Source: Octopus sinensis (taxonomy: Eukaryota). Taken from it: 64,000 nucleotides of DNA. Below, piece by piece: positions 52,850 through 64,000 of the stretch (position 1 is its first letter; each line of letters begins with the position of its first letter). A model generated the notes under the pieces. It ran no database searches. It saw nothing but the letters and a program-made list of their open reading frames with translations, and was not told the origin of the DNA. A program made the position numbers and the translations under genes. The DNA lies in contig NC_042999.1 of the NCBI RefSeq assembly GCF_006345805.1, positions 138,322,001 through 138,386,000 on the forward strand. Direction: 5' to 3'.

Positions 52850-53640
52850 TTTCATGTCTCCTGCGCTACATAACATTCACAGAGATATGAATCTACCATA
52901 GAACGGTGAGTGCCACAGCGTCTCTTGTTACCTCGCTTTACAGAGGCTCATGCACTCTCAACTTTTTAAGCGTGGGTGCCGTCTTTCTAGTTAACAAACT
53001 CAACGCTGTAGTTCACCGATCCATGCTCAAAATTGTAACCATCAATTTCGGGAATGTGTGAGTATGCCCTCCACAAATCGCTGAAAATTGTGGTTCTTGG
53101 AAGAATCGAGTGTTGTATGCATTCATACAGTGTGTCACGATTCCGACATGGCACCGCGTAAAGAAAAGTCTATCTGGTCTCGCGACACACTCTTCTGAAA
53201 GTCCACTGTTCAAGTAGGACTCTTCCTCGGTTACGTCTTGAGAAGGCTTCCTTTACATAGCTGTTATAATCAACAGCTGTGCAATGGCTCATCCCCAGTT
53301 CTTCAACACAAACCCGGACTAAAGTCAATTCCTTAACCCATGAGTAAAGGAAAAGCCCTACAGTCCTAAGAAGAAGGGTACCACTTTCAAACCATGCGTC
53401 TTGTCTCACTGACGCAGACTCCATGCATCCTTGGCGTGAGCATCGCCAATACATATTCCCACCACGTTTTTGTACTCATAAAATGCTTCTTCGTTTTACA
53501 TAATTTACTTTTGGGTATAACACCCTTTTCTTGTAAGTACGAAATCGCCTCCACCTCTGGGGCGTTATTTAAGACTTATTTGGCTGCTATTTTTAGTACA
53601 TATGACAACCACTTTAATGACTCGAATATATTTGCCAACT
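52850..53640 (-). pseudogene. Decayed Merlin (IS1595/ISXO2-like) transposase
   Basis: WRCSRQGC...WFESGTL...YSWVKEL...EELGMSHCTAVDYNSYVKE|AFSRR..GRVLLEQWTF..VCRETR.TFLYAVP.RNRDTL...TTIFSDLWRAY...HGSVNYS...GTHRSMVDSYLCE. Confidence 0.85.
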
Positions 53641-54099
53641 CTTACTTTCTCGCAGACAAAAGAGTTTTCATGTTTGGCTTGATACTATGGAAGCAGGCAT
53701 GAATGTGTCTGTGGCTTACGATTGGCTACAATTACCCAAAATTTTCAAACTTTGATAGCTAATTACTTTTTATTTATTAATTTATGGTGAAAATGATTTT
53801 CATGGCATTGATTAGCGTATAAAAGTATATCATTACGCTGAATATGAAATCAATTCGAACAGAAATTGAAGAGATTGAAAATATTCGGCGCGGGTGCTAA
53901 TTCACATTCAAGCCTACATTAAAAATACAACAAAAAACCCCCCCAAAAAACAAGGAGGGATCCACGATGCAACAAGCATTAATAAGGGAGGTTACTCGGG
54001 TGGGTAATAATTATTCCTCTTTGACACCAGCTTCCTCCAACCTGTTTGAGTGAGAAAGAGGGAGAGAGAGAGAAATAGAGAGAAAGATAGAGAGGGAAC

Positions 54100-54132
<33 letters not shown>

Positions 54133-55784
54133 TATGTGTGTGTGTGTGTGTGTGTGGTGTGTGTGTGTGTGTGTGAACAAGTCAGAACGAAACGAGAGAA
54201 ACAAAATTTGAATAAACATTATTTTCCACATGAAATTAGGTGGGCCATCCAGAAAGCATCGTGGACCACAGTTTGCCCATGTCTGCTTTAGAAGCATATA
54301 CCAAACGATAAAATCAGTATCAGACTGAGATACTGGGGCGATATAATATTCGAAACTCAAGAAGGTTATGCACCAGCATGGGCGCAGCTCAGTCTCTAAT
54401 TTCAATAACAGAATAAAAATATACGAAAAAAAAAAGAAAAACATTGCTTGTAAAACGGCACATCAATTTCAATTTTCGAACTCTCCTAAGCTTTGTAATG
54501 CTTTCTGCGTTAAATATGGTCATACTAAATTGAAGTTTTTCAAGCGAACAGCGTCATTGAATAATTTCTCGTACTTTCTCTAAAATTATACTGATTTTCA
54601 CACTTACTCGTTTACAATATTGTACATACACTTGATTCTATTATCACAACTTCGGCAAGTTCGATGAAAAGCAATCCTAATTGACGAGGTGTAATGAAAT
54701 GTCCAGACCTGCCTCCTGAATTTTGAATCTACTAATGACTTCTATTATTCCGGGAAAATAGACACTTGTAACCTGAGCTCCTTATAGGATTCGCGAAACG
54801 TGGAAAGTTTCTCTTTAAGACTCTGGCAAGGAAAAGAGTTTTGTATTTTTGTAGCAGACCAACAGTTTCTTATGCATTCAAGTCTCCTATATCCACACTA
54901 CAGTTGTTATCCAAGAGTAGAGCAAAAATCAGTACAACTTGGCCATTATTATCAAAACAGGCGTTGCCGTCAGAACAGACATCGCACGTCATTCCGTCCG
55001 ACACTGTATCAATTCTGCTAATCAACCACCATCGACTGTTAGTTTATCGCCTTTGAAAAATGAAAAGCAAATTTGATCTCAGCAGGATTTGAAATAAAAG
55101 TGCTGAGTGTTTGAACAAAAATACGACATTCTAACGATTCTGCTAATCTCATAGTCAAATCGTCATACTAGAGCTGATTTAATAGCAACAAATGTCTTGC
55201 CATGTGCTAGTGTGCGAAATATTTATATTTGATTTATTTGAATAAACATGAAATCTAAGCATATTCAACGCCATTTACGTATGAAAGATTTGGTTAACTG
55301 AAGCTCGTGTAAAAGGCAATGGTTTCTTATTTTTAAATCAGACACATGACTGGTTTGGTGAGTTTAATGTAGAACATGAAAATAATAAACGAATTGTCAG
55401 TTTCACTGAACAACTACGTCACAACAAGTCAATGATGTAAAGAATCAGTGTTTCTATTTACATGCAAATCTGTGGACAATGAGCGGCTCTGTTTCAGAAT
55501 CTGTTACATGTTGTAAACGACTAGCGGTTCTAGGAAAACTAAAGAAAATAATACATATTCATTAAAACATTCTAGCTTTCATTGAATTTTCGGCTGATTG
55601 GCAACACCTGTTAATACTGACTCATTCACAATATAATCTTTTCCCATATAAGCGGAATGCTTTAAATGCAAGGTAGTTGGAAATCAGAATCGGTAGAGCG
55701 TCAGAGAAAATGCCTTGCAATATTTAGTTACGCCCGAAGGCGGCGTGCTGGTAGAATCGTTAGCATGCCGGGCAAAATGCTTTA

Positions 55785-55990
55785 TCACAGCCAGTGGACA
55801 TATCTGGCCACATTGTTGTGTCTCCTTTTATATTCGCGTTGTGCGAGCTTACAGCTCTCACTAACAATATGGCTTATACTTTCTCCTTTCTCAGTGCACA
55901 TTCTACACTGTGGCGAGTCAGTACGTTTATCAATGTAATATTTGGAGTAGTTTGTTCTGAGAGCTTTCCTTGCGCGCCGCTCGCTAATGC
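55785..55990 (-). pseudogene. Old R4/Dong-type LINE fragment (CCHC knuckle)
   Basis: ALRTNYSKYYIDKRTDSPQCRMCTEKGESISHIVSESCKLAQREYKRRHNNVARYVHW. Confidence 0.75.
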
Positions 55991-56049
55991 CTCAGTGGGC
56001 CCTTTTAAGTCTCTTTTCTGCAGCTATTGATAGGTTCTATTCCTAAGGT

Positions 56050-57415
56050 CGTCGCACTTTTGCTCCATTAATTCTCTATAAAAAGCTAAAGTGGACGTTC
56101 CACCTATCGCACTGTCCGATTGGCTGAGGGCTGTGAGCGCTTGAAGACGTTCCACTTTCCAAAAGCTCCTCCTCGGTCTCTGTTTCTCCCAGGACTGCAG
56201 CTACATTAAGGAAACTAGCTGCAGAAATATGTCTGGCGAACGGCGCCCACACCTGTTCACCGTCATGTCGTAGCCTCAGCGCATGTCTCCACATCATCAA
56301 CCACGGCATGCCCAGCCCACCACGCAGCGGGTGCTGAGAGCAGATAGCCCACCTGATCATCGGGACGCGTCCCTTCCCCGAGAAGCGGAAGTGTATACGC
56401 TCCAGTGTAATCAGACGGTGGCCAGGACAAGGCATGGCGGTCAAATGATAGTAGATGACGGATGCGATATACGCTATCCCTGAAAAGCCCGACTTTTCAG
56501 GGATAGCTTTCCCTCGGCCCATTTCTGGGTGAGAGTAGTCACCCTGCTCGTTACATCGTTCTAGCTTTTGTCTATCAGGAGGTCTGGACTGAACCAGATC
56601 TCGAGCAATTTAACCGGTCCGTCCGTTCAGCACCCAACGACGTAGTTGGACGGCATGGACTTGCTTCTCCAGGTACCGAGCCGTAAGCCCACTGATTTTT
56701 CCTGGTTAATTGTCGCTCTTGAAACCGCCTTGTATTTCCTGAGAATGGTTCCGAGCATTTCTGTTTTTATGATCCGACATCACTACAGTGACGTCGTCGG
56801 CATATGCTGACATGCATCTCCCATTCCTAAGTCACGCGGGATACCTCTCAATACTTCCAGTTTGTGTAGTAGTGGCTTGAGAGTCAGTACGTACAAGAAA
56901 GACGAGAGGGGACAACATTGCCGGACCGAGCGCATGATGTTGAACGTCTCTGAGAGGTGACAGTTCGCTCTGACCACTGAACAGATGTTGCTGTGCATTG
57001 CAGCGATCCAGCCTCTGAATACAGGCCCCAAACCAGCTGACTTGAGGACCGCCGCCAGGTATAGATGGTCGACCCTATCGAAAGCTTTAGACTGATCAGG
57101 GCCCCACCCGTTCCAGGTTCTTTAGCCACTTTTTAATGATGTATCGCATGATGTGGAGGTTGTCGCACATCATTTCGGAATGGTAGATGTCTGTGCCTCC
57201 CCTACTAGATCCCTGATGACAAGCGCCAACCTCGTAGCTAATACCTTGGCCAAAATTTTGAACTCTGCATCCAGTAGAGTTATGGGCCTAAAGATATCAA
57301 AACAATCCCTCTTGTTTGGGTCTTTTCTCAGCAACGCCACTGCTCCTCGGCTCACAAAACTAGGAATTCTCCCATTCTGTTGCCAGTTGCAGTAAACGTT
57401 TGCTAAGAGGTCACC
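56050..57415 (-). pseudogene. Tx1/L1-type LINE reverse transcriptase fragment with deletions and frameshifts
   Basis: FRPITLLDAEFKILAKVLATRL; DQSKAFDRVDH; RSVRQCCPLS; AYADDV; then RFSGKGRVPMIRWAICSQHPLRGGLGMPWL. Confidence 0.9.
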
Positions 57416-57416
57416 C

Positions 57417-57477
<61 letters not shown>

Positions 57478-57481
<4 letters not shown>

Positions 57482-58086
57482 AAAGAAATATAACAAGTAA
57501 CTGCAGAATATGTGGAGATGGACAAGAAACAATAAATCATATTATCTCTGGCTGCCCAATCCTGGCTAAGAAGGAATATATTCACAGACATGACAGAGTT
57601 GGGACCTACATACACTGGAAGCTATGCCAACATTATGGAATAACAACAGAAAAAAGATGGTATTAAGGCCAACAGACCAGATATAGTTGTGAGAGATCAT
57701 GAAGAAAAAAATGCTTTCTAATTGATGTATCAATACCGGCAGATGACAACGTGTCTCTAAAAGAAATGGAGAAACTTTCAAAATACAAATACCTGGAAAT
57801 AGAGGTAACCAGAATGTGGAATCTAAAAACAAAAACAATTCCTATCATAGTAGGTGCATTAGGCATGATAAAAAAATATTCAGACAAATACATAGCAAAA
57901 ACACCAGGACTTACAAACACATATAACATACAGAAAATTGCACTACTAGGCACTGCACACATCCTACGCAGAACACTTTCCATACAGTAACCATCAGAGC
58001 ATCACAACAAATCACAGCACATACCCAAGGCACACAGAGCTGCGCTCGGTAGTGAAGTGAAAGCACGCTATAAAAATAAAACTACG

Positions 58087-58088
<2 letters not shown>
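57478..58088 (+). mobile_element. 5'-truncated R4/Dong-type RLE LINE flanked by (TAA)n on both sides
   Basis: CRICGDGQETINHIISGC...HRHD (CCHC), RPDIVV...LIDVSIP..KEMEKLSKY (PD-(D/E)xK), IPIIVGALG, stop and short 3' UTR. (TAA)n at 57416-57478 and 58088-58140. Confidence 0.9.
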
Positions 58089-58140
<52 letters not shown>

Positions 58141-58143
<3 letters not shown>

Positions 58144-58480
58144 GAAGCATGATAACATAGATAAGTATGTTCACTTGAGATTGCGTCAGAAGTACGATCT
58201 TGAAAGGACGTTGAAATGGTAGGAGTATAAACAAGACGGTGTCAACGAGAATAATGAGTAAAAGATCTTATAGGATTTTACAATCCAGTGTGATTCAGTG
58301 AGTGATGTTCGGAAATCAAGATCATAGATACTGCCATACTTGTGGATTTACAAATGGATGATAAGGAGCTGGAAAAGATTGAGAAGTACAAGCTGTTGAA
58401 AGGTGAGATTGTACGAATACGGGCAATAAAGGACCCTCTACAAACAACAGCAAAATTAGAAAAGCATTCAGAGCTGTTAG
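58141..58480 (+). pseudogene. Older degenerate R4/Dong-type fragment directly after the (TAA)n
   Basis: KHDNIDKYVHL...KW*EYKQDGVNENNE*KIL*DFTIQCD...KELEKIEKYKLL. Confidence 0.65.
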
Positions 58481-58545
58481 ATATCTCCTCCTCCCCTCCT
58501 CCTCCCCTCCTCCTCCTCCTCCCCTCCTCCTCCTCCTCCTTACTG

Positions 58546-58581
<36 letters not shown>

Positions 58582-59129
58582 ATTTCAAATGTTTTCTAAA
58601 GTTACTCATGCTACATAAGACTGACATACAAATCGATATTATCTTACGAGAATGTAACACCGCCACCCGAAACCTAACCCGAAATTTGTGAACTCCACCC
58701 ATATTATTGGTTGATCTTGACAGAGAAATAAAAGGCTACGGCTGCTTGAATTCTTTCATCAGAATTTTTTGCTTCGTTGATTATGAAATTATATATTGCT
58801 GTCCCGTATCGTATATCTGCCAGCTCCATAAATTTCAACAGAAGCTATCGATAAGGGCGTTCCTCGTATCAACTGTCTACTGACCAGTTGAAAGTTACAC
58901 ATTTGATACTTGCATATTTCGGATGACACCGAAAAAAAAATCTAATCAGGCATGACCTTGTGTTTCAGAAGTTCGCCTCCCTCCCACGCAGTAAAATCGC
59001 TTGGGGTATTATGCTTTATTATAAGCTCGGGTCGATCAAAGCCTTGGAAGATTAAAGTTCATAGATGGAAATCGAGCAGTATCCGTCAGCTGTATGCATA
59101 TTTTATATATATATGCGCGCGTGCGCGCC

Positions 59130-60019
59130 CGCACACACACACACACTCACACGCACACACATACAAGTATATAAGTATATGTATGTACGTGTGTGCGTAT
59201 GCATGTATGTGTGTATGCGTGTGTGAATGTGTGTGTGTGTGTGTGTAAGAAGTGTGGCTTAATAGACAGGGTATTGACGTCGCGATCGTATAGTCATGTG
59301 TTCGATTCGTATGCCTTTGCATCTATTAAGAATAGTTTCATCTTTCGTGTAATTGAAGAAATCAAAAGTATGAAGGATATTTTTCTTGAAATTATAAATG
59401 CAATACTAGATCATGTAATCAGTATAAAATAGTACAAAAAAAGAAAAACCCCAAAAGCAAAAACAAAACAAAACAAGAAAAACAGTTACTCTGCAGGCTA
59501 TTCTCAAGAATAGAAATTATACCGGAACGAAAATTACCTAGAACGCAATTTCCTCACGGCAAGGCAATTGCATCAACAAACAACATTATAATTTTATTTC
59601 CCAAATGGAAGACAGTGAACAAGCGAAAGTACAGATGATACTCATAGAAAAAGAACATCTATAACAAGACCAACACCAGATGTCACAACGGACCAGACAC
59701 AAAGTGCTATAAGTTACTTTGCAATAAGCTTGACTTTCCACAAAAGACTCTCTTACGCATCGTATTCCTTAGGTTCAGTTAGTTAACGGAATTTTAAAAG
59801 TATGCAAGGTTTTTCTAAATTCCCATATGAAACACTTTGCTGTTGTTGTTTCTTCGCTAGAAACCAGCCTTTATACAACTAATTCAAAGAATTTAATGAA
59901 AAGTATTCATATATACATACCCATCGACATTAAAATACTGAGGTGTGTTAGGAAATAATCTCTCTCTCTCTTTCTCTCTCTCTTTCGTTCTTTCTCTCTG
60001 TTTCTGTTTGTCTCATGCC

Positions 60020-60055
<36 letters not shown>

Positions 60056-60287
60056 CACAGAGACACATTGCAACAAACATATAGATATTCGTATACACGA
60101 GTTTTCCAAACAGTATTATGCATGTATAACTACACATATATTATATATATGTACTTTTCTAATTTTTGTTTTACGTCTAAGCAAACATACGTACACGCGC
60201 ACGCGTCTGTGTGTTTGTGCATGTGTGTGCAATGTGCGTATGCATGTGTGCTTTATTCAATATGCTTAACCATTAGCCAACATATCC

Positions 60288-60329
<42 letters not shown>

Positions 60330-61195
60330 GCACACACATACAAGTATATAAGTATATGTATGTACGTGTGTGCGTATGCATGTATGTGTGTATGCGTGTG
60401 TGAATGTGTGTGTGTGTGTGTGTAAGAAGTGTGGCTTAATAGACAGGGTATTGACGTCGCGATCGTATAGTCATGTGTTCGATTCGTATGCCTTTGCATC
60501 TATTAAGAATAGTTTCATCTTTCGTGTAATTGAAGAAATCAAAAGTATGAAGGATATTTTTCTTGAAATTATAAATGCAATACTAGATCATGTAATCAGT
60601 ATAAAATAGTACAAAAAAAGAAAAACCCCAAAAGCAAAAACAAAACAAAACAAGAAAAACAGTTACTCTGCAGGCTATTCTCAAGAATAGAAATTATACC
60701 GGAACGAAAATTACCTAGAACGCAATTTCCTCACGGCAAGGCAATTGCATCAACAAACAACATTATAATTTTATTTCCCAAATGGAAGACAGTGAACAAG
60801 CGAAAGTACAGATGATACTCATAGAAAAAGAACATCTATAACAAGACCAACACCAGATGTCACAACGGACCAGACACAAAGTGCTATAAGTTACTTTGCA
60901 ATAAGCTTGACTTTCCACAAAAGACTCTCTTACGCATCGTATTCCTTAGGTTCAGTTAGTTAACGGAATTTTAAAAGTATGCAAGGTTTTTCTAAATTCC
61001 ATATGAAACACTTTGCTGTTGTTGTTTCTTCGCTAGAAACCAGCCTTTATACAACTAATTCAAAGAATTTAATGAAAAGTATTCATATATACATACCCAT
61101 CGACATTAAAATACTGAGGTGTGTTAGGAAATAATCTCTCTCTCTCTTTCTCTCTCTCTTTCGTTCTTTCTCTCTGTTTCTGTTTGTCTCATGCC

Positions 61196-61231
<36 letters not shown>

Positions 61232-61490
61232 CACAGAGACACATTGCAACAAACATATAGATATTCGTATACACGAGTTTTCCAAACAGTATTATGCATG
61301 TATAACTACACATATATTATATATATGTACTTTTCTAATTTTTGTTTTACGTCTAAGCAAACATACGTACACGCGCACGCGTCTGTGTGTTTGTGCATGT
61401 GTGTGCAATGTGCGTATGCATGTGTGCTTTATTCAATATGCTTAACCATTAGCCAACATATCCACACGCACACACACACACACACACCAC
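59130..61490 (+). repeat. ~1177-bp essentially perfect tandem duplication bounded by (CA)n
   Basis: Identical ORFs offset by 1176-1177 bp (59193/60370, 59945/61121). Confidence 0.95.
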
Positions 61491-63193
61491 ACACACACAC
61501 ACACACAAACATGCGTATACTGTACATATATATGTATGAATATGACTTTAACATTAAAATTTAAGTAGGGATCATTAAAAATCTAAATCGAACTAATTAG
61601 TCGCTAAGTAAAGAACAATATTTGACAATGATTTATACCTTTTTTCTGTTTTTCAGCAAATTTCAGAGACAACTCTGAACATATTTTAGAATTATCTCAT
61701 CAGTGAAATATAGCTTTCACCGTATTCGCTGAGGTAATGATGAGAGACAGATACCGTGTAAAAGTACATAAGCGTACATTATATATTGTATATCGTACAA
61801 AAGTACAGAAGCATAGAGGGAAACTTTTAGAAATTAAATAATTCAGAGACATCATCCACACAGAAAACAATACTTAAGTTAGCGTTAACTTATTGTTAAT
61901 GCACAGCACATTAAACAGTAGCAGGAAATAACTGCTATATAAACAATCTTGTTGAAACAACTGGGTAGACTAGACTGGGTCTATGCTAAATGAAATCTCG
62001 CTTAATTGAAATCACAATCCTTTATTATAATTTCACACAGTCATTCTAGGAATCATATACCCAAACTGGTTTAGAACAAAATTAGAAACACTAATATAGA
62101 GCTAATTTATCTTTGCTGTGTAACAGTATGTATGTATGTATGGTGTTCTCTTTCTTATTTTAATTTAGAATAAATTTTGACCAATCTTCTTGGTAGCAAG
62201 GTTGTGAAGGAAAGCATCTTGTTTGGTTCATTACCCTTTAAATCTTCAGGTCTTGCAGATTTTTATAATCTCAGATATCCTCATTTGTAATGTATGAATT
62301 ATGGATTTGCGTCCTCTCCCCATGAATCTAAGTTCAGCCACACTTTGCTCCAAATGGGTTGATATGTACCCTGTTGCCGCAATAATAATAGGTATGAAAG
62401 TGAAAGTGTATCATGGATACTGAATGTGCAAACACTTTATCAATAGTCCACAGATGTCTTCTTTTTCTTGTATTTTTCTAACCACTGGCATCCAGAGGGC
62501 TGTTGATTTCCACAACAGAACATATATTTTCTTTGTGGTCCCATGCAACGCTATCTGATCAGTTGCGTTTTTAACTTGGTGACTGCTTTAAATTTTAAGT
62601 TCCGCCAAAATTTTTTTGACTCATCTATTGTAATTTAGTCAACTTCGTCTGTAGGTGTTTTTTTTTGTTATCCTGTCCCAGACAATGTATGTATGTATGT
62701 ATGTATGTATGTATGTATGTATGTATGTATGTATGTATGTATGTATGTATGAATGCATGCATGTATGTACGTACGTACGTATGTATGTTTGTATGTACGT
62801 ATGTATGTATGTGTGCGTGTAATATATATATATATATGTATGTGTATGTATATGTGTGTGTGTGTGTGCGCGCATGTATGTGTATGTGAGCGTATCAGTG
62901 TCTTCTTTGCTAGAGATAAGGTAGGAAACTACTGTAATGATGACTCCTGCTGAGGGAGAAACATGTGATCAGAGCTATCCTTTTATCTCCAGAAAATATT
63001 GTCCTTAATAAGCCTATTTTTGAGAATTCATAGATTCTTCCAATTGGAATTTGGTTCCAAAATATCTTATTAAGCGATTGTTCTACCTTCTCTAGAAGCT
63101 GAGGTCATTTCAATAAAGCAGAAAACGTTGTTTGGTATTTAATATATCCTCATTTGTCTTTGCTTTATTCACATACACACACACTCATCGAGG

Positions 63194-63225
<32 letters not shown>

Positions 63226-63226
63226 A

Positions 63227-63273
<47 letters not shown>

Positions 63274-63328
63274 TATATATACATACATACATACATACAT
63301 ATATACATATATATATATATACATATAT

Positions 63329-64000
63329 ATAACTTAGAATAACTTAGAAAGGTTTTTGGCCAGTATTGGCCCAGGCCATGTCTAACTTAATAACACCACC
63401 TGGCGAAGTCTTTCAGTTCAGGATTTGGGCACCAAGGCCCATTCGAGCAGAGAGTTATTGTTTGCGGAGACATATCCAGGTGTGGGTGGTTTGTCCGGTA
63501 CTGTTTGAAGGAATTTGTCCAAAGACTTCTTGAATTTTGTGTGGTCAGTTTCTTTTTTGACGTGTCCTGGTGTAATGTTGAAGAGAGCGGGTCCAATTGA
63601 GGTGAAATAGTTGTGCCGTATTGTCGTTATGTGATGCGATTTAGATTTTTGTTGTGGACGGATGGCACGTGGTCCAAGCCTTGGATGCATTTTGAAGGTG
63701 ATGCCAACATCATTCGGACAGTGCTGATGGAATATTTTCCACATCATACAGATAATGTAGCGTTCACGGCGTCGTTGGAGTGAATACAATTTCAGCTTCT
63801 CTAGTCTACCCCAGTAGTCAAGGTCTGACATGCCATCTATCTTTTTTGTGATTGACCTTTGGGGAGCTTCAATTCTCATAATATTTTGTTTTGTGTAGGG
63901 AGACCACAGTGGACAGCAGTATTCAAGGTGGGGTCGGGCAAAAGTGGAGAAGAGAAGGATAATAGCGTGGGAATCTCTCCACTGGAAGGTTCTGAGAATC
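63329..64000 (-). mobile_element. CR1-like LINE 3' end (continues beyond the window)
   Basis: FARPHLEYCCPLWSP...IEAPQRSITKKI.GMSDLDYWGRLEKLKLYSLQRRRERY...FKKSLDKFL; short UTR ending (TCTAAGTTAT)2 next to a (TA)n-rich tract. Confidence 0.9.

Overview
AT-rich, repeat-saturated eukaryotic DNA. The SINE and LINE families resemble those of octopus (cephalopod) genomes; this is an inference from recalled repeat sequences. No host protein-coding gene is recognisable, and most ORF-track entries are translated microsatellites. The window contains three tRNA-derived SINE families, decayed DNA transposons (pogo/Tigger, hAT plus a hAT MITE, mariner/maT, Tc1, Merlin) and non-LTR fragments (Tx1, R4/Dong-type RLE, CR1). 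It also holds several local tandem and inverted duplications. The most interesting signal is two unrelated families of type I hammerhead-ribozyme-like motifs with self-complementary helix III. One lies in Penelope-like elements (3.4-4.3 kb and 39.6-40.9 kb). The other lies in an ORF-less 543-bp unit arranged as a near-perfect ~1.1-kb palindrome (28.1-29.3 kb). All of these elements are embedded in (TA)n-rich tracts. Ribozyme activity is inferred from the motifs and has not been demonstrated.
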